From Eledone cirrhosa (lineage: Eukaryota): DNA of 64,000 bases. The stretch lies in NCBI GenBank assembly GCA_964016885.1, contig OZ024741.1, positions 259,842,001-259,906,000 of the forward strand, in the 5' to 3' direction. Below the pieces are notes generated by a model. That model saw only the letters and a program-made list of their open reading frames with translations, was not told the DNA's origin and searched no databases. Position 1 is the stretch's first letter. The number at the start of each line of letters is the position of its first letter. The translations under genes and the position numbers were made by a program. Positions 1 to 11,404 of the stretch are shown here, one piece after another.

Positions 1-783
1 AAACACTCGTAAGTCGGAACACTCGTAAGTCGGAACACTCGTAAGTCAGAACACTCGTAAGTCAGAACACTCGTAAGTCAGAACACTCGTAAGTCAGAAC
101 ACTCGTAAGTCGAAACACTCGTATCGAAACACTCGTATGTCAAAACACCCGTAAGTCAAAACACTCGTAAGTCGAAACACTCGTAAGTCGAAACACTCGT
201 ATGTCGAAACATCCGTAAATCAGAACACTCGTAAGTCGAAACACTCGTAAGTCGAAACACTCGTAAGCCGAAACACTCGTAAGTCGAAGCACTCGTATCG
301 AAACACTCGTAAGTCGAAACACCCTTAAGTCAAAACACTCGTAAGCCAAAACACTCGTAAGTCGAAACACTCGTAAGTCGGAACACTCGTAAGTCAGAAC
401 ACTCGTAAGTCAGAACACTCGTAAGTCGAAACACTCGTAAGCCGAAACACTCGCAAGTCGAAGCACTCGTAATCCGAAACACTCTTAAGTCGAAACACTC
501 GTAAGTCGGAACACTCGTAAGTCAGAACACTCGTAAGTCAGAACACTCGTAAGTCGAAACACTCGTAAGCCGAAACATCCGTAAGTCAAAACATCCGTAA
601 GTCAAAACATTCGTAAGTCGAAACACCCGTAGTCGAAACACTCGCAAGTCGAAACACTCGTAAGTCGAAACACGCGTAAGTCGAAACACATGTAAGTCAA
701 AACACTCGTAAGTCAAAACACTCGTAAGCCGAAACACTCGTAAGTCGAAACACTCGTAAGTCGAAACACTCGTAAAGCGAAAC

Positions 784-853
784 GTATAAATAAATATTAA
801 TGTAATGAATTTGAAAAGCATAGAGATTTGAAACCGCGTCTATTTGTTATTTT
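784..853 (+). repeat. 70-bp AT-rich interspersed element, subfamily A (AATATT allele)
   Basis: GTATAAATAAATATTAATGTAATGAATTTGAAAAGCATAGAGATTTGAAACCGCGTCTATTTGTTATTTT, 16/70 G+C, preceded by the variant monomer GTAAAGCGAAAC. Confidence 0.97.
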
Positions 854-1080
854 CGTAAGTCGAAACACTCGTAAGCCGAAACACTCGTGAGCCGAAACAC
901 TCGTAAGTCGGAACACTCGTAAGTCAGAACACTCGTAAGTCAGAACACTCGTAAGTTAGAACACTCGTAAGTCAGAACACTCGTAAGTCAGAACACTCGT
1001 AAGTCGAAACACTCGTATCGAAACACTCGTATGTCAAAACACCCGTAAGTCAAAACACTCGTAAGTCGAAACACTCGTAA

Positions 1081-3990
1081 GTCGAAACACTCGTAAGCCG
1101 AAACACTCGTAAGCCGAAACACTCGTAAGCCGAAACACTCGTAAGTCGGAACACTCGTAAGTCAGAACACTCATAAGTCAGAACACTCGTAAGTCAGAAC
1201 ACTCGTAAGTCGAAACACTCGTAAGCCGAAACACCGTAAGTCGAAACACCCGTATGTCGAAACACTCGTAAGCCGAAACACTCTTAAGTCGAAACACTCA
1301 TAAGCCGAAACACTCGTAAGTCGGAACACTCGTAAATCAGAACACCCGCAAGTCAGAACACTCGTAAATCAGAACACTCTTAAGTCGAAACTTACGTACG
1401 CCGAAACAATCGTAAGTCGAAACACTCGTAAGTCGAAACATCCTTAAGTCGAAACACTCGTACACCGAAACACTCGTAAGTATAAACATTAGTAAGTCGA
1501 AACACTCGTATGTCGAAACACTCGTAAACCGAAACACTCGTAAGTCGGAACACTCGTAAGTCAGAACACTCGTAAGTCAGAACACTCGTAAGTCGAAACA
1601 CTCATAAGTCGAAACACCCGTAAGTCGAAACACTCGTAAGTCGAAACACCCATAAGCCGAAACACTCGTAAGCCAAAACATTCGTAAGTCGAAACACTCG
1701 TAAACCGAAACACTCGTAAGCCAAAACATTCGTATGTCGAAACACTCGTAAGTCGAAACACCCATAGCCGAAACACTTGTAAGTCTGAACACACGTAAGT
1801 CAGAACACCCGTAAGTCAGAACACTCGTAAGTCAGAACACTCGTAAGTCAGAACACTCGTAAGTCAGAACACTCGTAAGTCAGAGCACTCGTATCGAAAC
1901 ACTCGTATGTCAAAACACCCGTAAGTCAAAACACTCGTAAGTCGAAACACTCGTAAGCCGAAACACCGTAAGCCAAAACACTCGTAAGTCGAAACACCCC
2001 TAAGTCGGAACACTCGTAAGTCGAAACACTCGTAAGTCGAAACACTCGTAAGCCGAAACACTCGTAAGCCGAAACACTCGTAAGTCGGAACACTCGTAAG
2101 TCGGAACACTCGTAAGTCAGAACACTCGTAAGTCAGAACACTCGTAAGTCAGAACACTCGTAAGTCAGAACACTCGTAAGTCGAAACACTCGTATCGAAA
2201 CACTCGTATGTCAAAACACCCGTAAGTCAAAACACTCGTAAGTCGAAACACTCGTAAGTCGAAACATTCGTAAGTCGAAACATCCGTAAATCAGAACACT
2301 CTTAAGTCGAAACACTCGTAAGTCGAAACACTCGTAAGCCGAAACACTCGTAAGTCGAAGTACTCGTATCGAAACACTCGTAAGTCGAAACACCCTTAAG
2401 TCAAAACACTCGTAAGCCAAAACACTCGTAAGTCGAAACACTCGTAAGTCGGAACACTCGTAAGTCAGAACACTCGTAAATCAGAACACTCGTAAGTGGA
2501 AACACGCGTAAGTCGAAACACTCATAAGTCGAAACACTCGTAAGCCGAAACACTCGTAAGCCGAAACACTCGTAAGTCGAAACACTCGTAAGTCGGAACA
2601 CTCGTAAGTCAGAACACTCATAAGTCAGAACACTCGTAAGTCAGAACACTCGTAAGTCGAAACACTCGTAAGCCGAAACACCGTAAGTCGAAACACCCGT
2701 ATGTCGAAACACTCGTAAGCCGAAACACTCTTAAGTCGAAACACTCATAAGCCGAAACACTCGTAAGTCGGAACACTCGTAAATCAGAACACCCGCAAGT
2801 CAGAACACTCGTAAATCAGAACACTCTTAAGTCGAAACTTACGTACGCCGAAACAATCGTAAGTCGAAACACTCGTAAGTCGAAACATCCTTAAGTCGAA
2901 ACACTCGTACACCGAAACACTCGTAAGTATAAACATTAGTAAGTCAAAACACTCGTATGTCGAAACACTCGTAAACCGAAACACTCGTAAGTCGGAACAC
3001 TCGTAAGTCAGAACACTCGTAAGTCAGAACACTCGTAAGTCGAAACACTCATAAGTCGAAACACCCGTAAGTCGAAACACTCGTAAGTCGAAACACCCAT
3101 AAGCCGAAACACTCGTAAGCCAAAACATTCGTAAGTCGAAACACTCGTAAACCGAAACACTCGTAAGCCAAAACATTCGTATGTCGAAACACTCGTAAGT
3201 CGAAACACCCATAGCCGAAACACTTGTAAGTCTGAACACACGTAAGTCAGAACACCCGTAAGTCAGAACACTCGTAAGTCAGAACACTCGTAAGTCAGAA
3301 CACTCGTAAGTCAGAACACTCGTAAGTCAGAGCACTCGTATCGAAACACTCGTATGTCAAAACACCCGTAAGTCAAAACACTCGTAAGTCGAAACACTCG
3401 TAAGCCGAAACACCGTAAGCCAAAACACTCGTAAGTCGAAACACCCCTAAGTCGGAACACTCGTAAGTCGAAACACTCGTAAGTCGAAACACTCGTAAGC
3501 CGAAACACTCGTAAGCCGAAACACTCGTAAGTCGGAACACTCGTAAGTCGGAACACTCGTAAGTCAGAACACTCGTAAGTCAGAACACTCGTAAGTCAGA
3601 ACACTCGTAAGTCAGAACACTCGTAAGTCGAAACACTCGTATCGAAACACTCGTATGTCAAAACACCCGTAAGTCAAAACACTCGTAAGTCGAAACACTC
3701 GTAAGTCGAAACATTCGTAAGTCGAAACATCCGTAAATCAGAACACTCTTAAGTCGAAACACTCGTAAGTCGAAACACTCGTAAGCCGAAACACTCGTAA
3801 GTCGAAGTACTCGTATCGAAACACTCGTAAGTCGAAACACCCTTAAGTCAAAACACTCGTAAGCCAAAACACTCGTAAGTCGAAACACTCGTAAGTCGGA
3901 ACACTCGTAAGTCAGAACACTCGTAAATCAGAACACTCGTAAGTGGAAACACGCGTAAGTCGAAACACTCATAAGTCGAAACACTCGTAA
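1081..3990 (+). repeat. Tandem higher-order duplication, 2 x 1447 bp
   Basis: Constant offset of 1447 (1337/2784, 1864/3311, 2211/3658); shared rare variants GAAGTACTC and CACCCCTAAG. Confidence 0.9.
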
Positions 3991-6900
3991 GTCGAAACAC
4001 CCGTAAGTCGAAACACCCGTAAGTCGAAACACTCGTATGTCGAATAACTCGTAAGCCGAAACACCGTAAGTCAAAACACTCGTAAGTCGAAACACTCGTA
4101 AGTCGAAACACCCATAAGCCGAAACGCTCGTAAGCCAAAACATTCGTAAGTCGAAACACTCGTAAACCGAAACACTCGTAAGCCAAAACATTCGTAAGTC
4201 GAAACACTCGTAAGTCGAAACACCCATAGCCGAAACACTCGTAAGTCTGAACACACGTAAGTCAGAACAGCCGTAAGTCAGAACACTCGTAAGTCAGAAC
4301 ACTCGTAAGTCAGAACACTCGTAAGTCAGAGCACTCGTATCGAAACACTCGTATGTCAAAACACCCGTAAGTCAAAACACTCGTAAGTCGAAACACTCGT
4401 AAGTCGAAACACTCGTATGTCGAAACATCCGTAAATCAGAACACTCGTAAGTCGAAACACTCGTAAGTCGAAACACTCGTAAGCCGAAACACTCGTAAGT
4501 CGAAGCACTCGTATCGAAACACTCGTAAGTCGAAACACCCTTAAGTCAAAACACTCGTAAGCCAAAACACTCGTAAGTCGAAACACTCGTAAGTCGGAAC
4601 ACTCGTAAGTCAGAACACTCGTAAGTCAGAACACTCGTAAGTGGAAACACGCGTAAGTCGAAAGACCCGTAAGTCAAAAATCTCGTAAGTCAAAACACTC
4701 GTAAGCCGAAACACTCGTAAGTCGAAACACTCGTAAGTCGAAACACCCGTAAGTCGGAACACTCGTAAGTCAGAATACTCGTAAGTCAAAACACTCGTAA
4801 ACCGGAACACCCGTAAGGCAAAACATTCGCATGTCAAAACACTCGTAAGTCGAAACACTCGTAAGCCGAAACACTCGTAAGTCGAAACACTCATAAGTCG
4901 AAACACTCGTAAGTCGAAACACTCGTAAGTCAGTGCACCCGTAAGTCAGAACACTCGTAGTCAGAATACTCGTAAGTAGAAACACTCGTATGTCGAAACA
5001 CCCGTAAGTCGAAACACTCATAAGTCGAAACACTCGTAAGCCGAAACACCCGTAAGTCAAAACATTCGTAAGTCAAAACACTCGTAAGTCGAAACACCCG
5101 TAAGTCAAAACACTCGTATGTCGAAACACTCGTAAGCCGAAACAACGTAAGTAAAAACACTCGTAAGTCGAAACACCCATAAGTCGAAACACTCGTAAGC
5201 CGAAACACTCGTAAGTCGAAACACTCATAAGCCGAAACACTCGTAAGTCGGAACACTCGTAAATCAGAACACCCGCAAGTCAGAACACTCGTAAATCAGA
5301 ACACTCTTAAGTCGAAACTCACGTACGCTGAAACACTCGTAAGTCGAAACACTCGTAAGTCGAAACATCCTTAAGTCGAAACACTCGTACACCGAAACAC
5401 TCGTAAGTATAAACATTAGTAAGTCGAAACACTCGTAAGCCGAAACACTCGTAAGTCGAAACACCCGTAAATCGAAACACCCCTAAGTCAAAACACTCGT
5501 ATGTCGAAACACTCGTAAACCGAAACACTCGTAAGTCGGAACACTCGTAAGTCAGAACACTCGTAAGTCAGAACACTCGTAAGTCGAAACACTCATAAGT
5601 CGAAACACTCGTAAGTCGAAACACCCGTAAGTCGAAACCCCCGTAAGTCGAAACACTCGTATGTCGAATAACTCGTAAGCTGAAACACCGTAAGTCAAAA
5701 CACTCGTAAGTCAAAACACTCGTAAGTCGAAACACCCATAAGCCGAAACACTCGTAAGCCAAAACATTCGTAAGTCGAAACACTCGTAAACCGAAACACT
5801 CGTAAGCCAAAACATTCGTAAGTCGAAACACTCGTAAGTCGAAACACCCATAGCCGAAACACTCGTAAGTCGGAACACACGTAAGTCAGAACACCCGTAA
5901 GTCAGAACACTCGTAAGTCAGAACACTCGTAAGTCAGAGCACTCGTATCGAAACACTCGTATGTCAAAACACCCGTAAGTCAAAACACTCGTAAGTCGAA
6001 ACACTCGTAAGCCGAAACACCGTAAGCCAAAACACTCGTAAGTCGAAACACCCGTAAGTCGGAACACTCGTAAGTCGAAACACACGTAAGTCGAAACACT
6101 CGTAAGCCGAAACACTCGTAAGCCGAAACACTCGTAAGTCGGAACACTCGTAAGTCGGAACACTCGTAAGTCAGAACACTCGTAAGTCAGAACACTCGTA
6201 AGTCAGAACACTCGTAAGTCAGAATACTCGTAAGTCGAAACACCCGTAAGTCGAAACACCCGTAAGTCGAAACACTCGTATGTCGAATAACTCGTAAGCC
6301 GAAACACCGTAAGTCAAAACACTCGTAAGTCGAAACACTCGTAAGTCGAAACACCCATAAGCCGAAACACTCGTAAGCCAAAACATTCGTAAGTCGAAAC
6401 ACTCGTAAACCGAAACACTCGTAAGCCAAAACATTCGTAAGTCGAAACACTCGTAAGTCGAAACACCCATAGCCGAAACACTTGTAAGTCTGAACACACG
6501 TAAGTCAGAACACCCGTAAGTCAGAACACTCGTAAGTCAGAACACTCGTAAGTCAGAACACTCGTAAGTCAGAGCACTCGTATCGAAACACTCGTATGTC
6601 AAAACACCCGTAAGTCAAAACACTCGTAAGTCGAAACACTCGTAAGCCGAAACACCGTAAGCCAAAACACTCGTAAGTCGAAACACCCGTAAGTCGGAAC
6701 ACTCGTAAGTCGAAACACTCGTAAGTCGAAACACTCGTAAGCCGAAACACTCGTAAGCCGAAACACTCGTAAGTCGGAACACTCGTAAGTCGGAACACTC
6801 GTAAGTCAGAACACTCGTAAGTCAGAACACTCGTAAGTCAGAACACTCGTAAGTCAGAACACTCGTAAGTCGAAACACTCGTATCGAAACACTCGTATGT

Positions 6901-9900
6901 CAAAACACCAGTAAGTCGAAACACTCGTATCGAAACACTCGTATGTCAAAACACCAGTAAGTCAAAACACTCGTAAGTCGAAACACTCGTAAGCCGAAAC
7001 ACCGTAAGTCGAAACACCCGTATGTCGAAACACTCGTAAGCCGAAACACTCGTAAGTCGAAACACTCGTAGTCGAAACACTCGTAAGTCGAAACACCCGT
7101 AAGTCGAAACACTCGTAAGTCGAAACACTCGTAAGCCGAAACACTCGTAAGTCGAAACACTCATAAGCCGAAACACTCGTAAGTCGAAACACTCGTAAGT
7201 CAGAACACTCGTAGTCAGAACACTCGTAAGTCAAACCACTCGTAAGCCGAAACACTCGTAAGTCGAAACACTCGTAAGTCGAAAAACTCGTAAGCCGGAA
7301 CACTCGTAAGTCAGAACACTCGTAAGTCAGAACACTCGTAAGTCGAAACACTCGTAAGCCGAAACACCCGTAAGTCGAAACATTCGTAAGTCGAAACACC
7401 CGTAAGTCGAAACACTCGTAAGTCGAAACACTCGTAAGTCGAAACACCGTAAGTCAAAACACTCGTATGTCGAAACATCCGTAAATCAGAACACTCCTAA
7501 GTCAAAACACTCGTAAGTCGAAACACTCGTAAGTCAAAAATACTCGTAAGTCGAAACACCCTTAAGTAAAAACACTCGTAAGTCGAAACACTCGTAAGCC
7601 GAAACACCCGTCAGTTAAAACACCCGTAAGTCGAAACACTCGTAAGTCAAAACTCTCGTACGCCGAAACACTCGTAAGTAAAAACATTAGTAAGTCGAAA
7701 CACTCGTAAGCCGAAACACCCGTAAGTCAAAACATTCGTAAGTCAAAACACTCGTAAGTCGAAACACCCGTAAGTCGAAACACTCGTATGTCGAAACACT
7801 CGTAAGCCGAAACACCGTAAGTAAAAACACTCGTAAGTCTAAACACCCACAAGTCGAAACACTCGTAAGCCGAAACACTCGTAAGTCGAAACACTCATAA
7901 GCCGAAACACTCGTAAGTCGGAACACTCGTAAATCAGAACACCCGCAAGTCAGAACACTCGTATCGAAACACTCGTATGTCAAAACACCCGTAAGTCAAA
8001 ACACTCGTAAGTCGAAACACTCGTAAGCCGAAACACCGTAAGTAAAAAAACTCGTAAGTCGAAATACTCGTAAGTCGAAACACTCGTAAGCCGAAACAAT
8101 CGTAATTCAAAACACTCGTAAGTCGAAACACTCGTAAGCCGAAACAATCGTAAGTCGAAACACTCGTAAGCCGAAAATACTCGTAAGTCGGAACACCCGT
8201 AAGCCGAAACACTCGTATGTCGAAACACTCGTAAGCCGAAACAACATAAGTAAAAACACTCGTAAGTCGAAACACCCATAAGTCGAAACACTCGTAAGCC
8301 GAAACACTCGTAAGTCGAAACACTCATAAGCCGAAACACTCGTAAGTCGGAACACTCGTAAATCAGAACACCCGCAAGTCAGAACACTCGTAAATCAGAA
8401 CACTCTTAAGTCGAAACTCACGTACGCCGAAACACTCGTAAGTCGAAACACTCGTAAGTCGAAACATCCTTAAGTCGAAACACTCGTACACCGAAACACT
8501 CGTAAGTATAAACATTAGTAAGTCGAAACACTCGTATGTCGAAACACTCGTAAACCGAAACACTCGTAAGTCGGAACACTCGTAAGTCAGAACACTCGTA
8601 AGTCAGAACACTCGTAAGTCGAAACACTCATAAGTCGAAACACTCGTAAGTCGAAACACCCGTAAGTCGAAACACCCGTAAGTCGAAACACTCGTATGTC
8701 GAATAACTCGTAAGCCGAAACACCGTAAGTCAAAACACTCGTAAGTCGAAACACTCGTAAGTCGAAACACCCATAAGCCGAAACATTCGTAAGCCAAAAC
8801 ATTCGTAAGTCGAAACACTCGTAAACCGAAACACTCGTAAGCCAAAACATTCGTAAGTCGAAACACTCGTAAGTCGAAACACCCATAGCCGAAACACTTG
8901 TAAGTCTGAACACACGTAAGTCAGAACACCCGTAAGTCAGAACACTCGTAAGTCAGAACACTCGTAAGTCAGAACACTCGTAAGTCAGAGCACTCGTATC
9001 GAAACACTCGTATGTCAAAACACCCGTAAGTCAAAACACTCGTAAGTCGAAACACTCGTAAGCCGAAACACCGTAAGCCAAAACACTCGTAAGTCGAAAC
9101 ATCCGTAAGTCGGAACACTCGTAAGTCGAAACACTCGTAAGTCGAAACACTCGTAAGCCGAAACACTCGTAAGCCGAAACACTCGTAAGTCGGAACACTC
9201 GTAAGTCGGAACACTCGTAAGTCAGAACACTCGTAAGTCAGAGCACTCGTATCGAAACACTCGTATGTCAAAACACCCGTAAGTCAAAACACTCGTAAGT
9301 CGAAACACTCGTAAGTCGAAACACTCGTAAGCCGAAACAATCGTAAGTCAAAACACTCGTAAGTCGAAACACTCGTGAGCCGAAAATACTCGTAATTCGG
9401 AACACCCGTAAGCCGAAACCCTCGCAGGTCGGAACACTCGTAAGTCGAAACACTCGTAAGACGAAACACCCGTAAGTCGGAACACTCGTAAGTCAGAATA
9501 CTCGTAAGTCGAAACACTCGTAAACCGGAACACCCGTAAGGCAAAACATTCGTAAGTCAAAACACTCGTAAGTCGAAACACTCGTAAGCCGAAACACTCG
9601 TAAGTCGAAACACTCGTAAGTCGAAACACCCGTAAGTCGAAACATCCGTAAGTCAAAACACTCGTATGTCGAAACACTCGTAAGCCGAAACACTCGTAAG
9701 TCGGAACACTCGCAAGTCAGAACACTCGTAAGTCAGAACACTCGTAAGTTGAAACACTCGTAAGTCGAAACACCCGTAAGTCGAAACGCCCGTAAGTCAA
9801 AACACTCGTATGTCGAAACAATCGCAAGCCGAAAAACCGTAAGTCAAAACACTCGTAAGTCGAAACACTCGTAAGTCGAAACACTCGTAAGCGGAAACAC

Positions 9901-10440
9901 TCGTAAGCGAAAACATTCGTAAGTCGAAACACTCGTAACCCGAAACACTCGTAAGTCGAAACACTCGAAAGCCGAAACACTCGTAAGTCGAAACACTCAT
10001 AAGCCGAAACACTCGTAAGTCGGAACACTCGTAAGTCAGAACACCCGTAAGTCAGAACACTCGTAGTCAGAACACTCGTAAGTCGAAACACTCGTAAGCC
10101 GAAACAATCGTAAGTCGAAGCACTCGTAATCCGAAACACTCTTAAGTCGAAACACTCGTAAGTCGGAACACTCGCAAGTCAGAACACTCGTAAGTCAGAA
10201 CACTCGTAAGTCGAAACACTCGTAAGCCGAAACACCCGTAAGTCAAAACATCCGTAAGTCAAAACATTCGTAAGTCGAAACACCCGTAGTCGAAACACTC
10301 GCAAGTCGAAACACTCGTAAGTCGAAACACGCGTAAGTCGAAACACATGTATGTCAAAACACTCTTAAGTCAAAACACTCGTAAGCCGAAACACTCGTAA
10401 GTCGAAACACTCGTAAGTCGAAACGCTCGTAAAGCGAAAC

Positions 10441-10510
10441 GTATAAATAAAGATTAATGTAATGAATTTGAAAAGCATAGAGATTTGAAACCGCGTCTAT
10501 TTGTTATTTT
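10441..10510 (+). repeat. 70-bp AT-rich element, subfamily A (AAGATT allele)
   Basis: Matches 784-853 except one T>G. Confidence 0.97.
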
Positions 10511-11334
10511 CGTAAGTCGAAACACTCGTAAGCCGAAACACTCGTGAGCCGAAACACTCGTAAGTCGGAACACTCGTAAGTCAGAACACTCGTAAGTCAG
10601 AACACTCGTAAGTTAGAACACTCGTAAGTCAGAACACTCGTAAGTCAAAACACCCGTAAGTCAAAACACTCGTAAGTCGAAACACTCGTAAGCCGAAACA
10701 CCGTAAGCCAAAACACTCGTAAGTCGAAACACCCGTAAGTCGGAACACTCGTAAGTCGAAACACTCGTAAGTCGAAGCACTTGTAAGCAGAAACACTCGT
10801 AAGCCGAAACACTCGTAAGTCGGAACACTCGTAAGTCGGAACACTCGTAAGTCAGAACACTCGTAAGTCAGAACACTCGTAAGTCAGAACACTCGTAAGT
10901 CGAAACACTCGTATCGAAACACTCGTATGTCAAAACACCCGTAAGTCAAAACACTCGTAAATCGAAACACTCGTAAGTCGAAACACTCGTATGTCGAAAC
11001 ATCCGTAAATCAGAACACTCGTAAGTCGAAACACTCGTAAGTCGAAACACTCGTAAGCCGAAACACTCGTAAGTCGAAACACTCGTATCGAAACACTCGT
11101 AAGTCGAAACACCCTTAAGTCAAAACACTCGTAAGCCAAAACACTCGTAAGTCGAAACACTCGTAAGTCGGAACACTCGTAAGTCAGAACACTCGTAAGT
11201 CAGAACACTCGTAAGTGGAAACACGCGTAAGTCGAAAGACCCGTAAGTCAAAAATCTCGTTAGTCAAAACACTCGTAAGCCGAAACACTCGTAAGTCGAA
11301 ACACTCGTAAGTCGAAACATTCGTAAAGCGAAAC

Positions 11335-11404
11335 GTATAAATAAAGATTAATGTTATGAACTTAAAAAGCATAGAGATTTGAAACCGCGTCTATTTGTTA
11401 TTAT
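11335..11404 (+). repeat. 70-bp AT-rich element, subfamily B (divergent allele GTTATGAACTTAAAAAGC...TTATTATC)
   Basis: Same element with AACTT and private substitutions shared with the copy at 57345. Confidence 0.96.

Noticed and set aside
522-821. ORFs starting MLFKFITLIFIYTF, resembling a signal peptide plus repeat protein
   Set aside because: The hydrophobic start is just the translation of the T-rich minus strand of the AT-rich element. The downstream length varies between copies, and there is no evidence of expression or coding constraint.
784-859. Element as a small GT...AG intron or a MITE
   Set aside because: Removing GT..AG does not restore the monomer register and there are no flanking exons. 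There are no convincing terminal inverted repeats or target-site duplication; the ATAGA/TCTAT stem is only 5 bp.
686-866. Budding-yeast point-centromere likeness (CACATG upstream, AT-rich core, TCTATTTGTTATTTTCGTAAGT resembling CDEIII)
   Set aside because: The essential CCG of CDEIII is TCG here and the alignment needs a 2-bp gap. The core is only ~77% AT, the spacing from CACATG is too long, and B copies lack CACATG.
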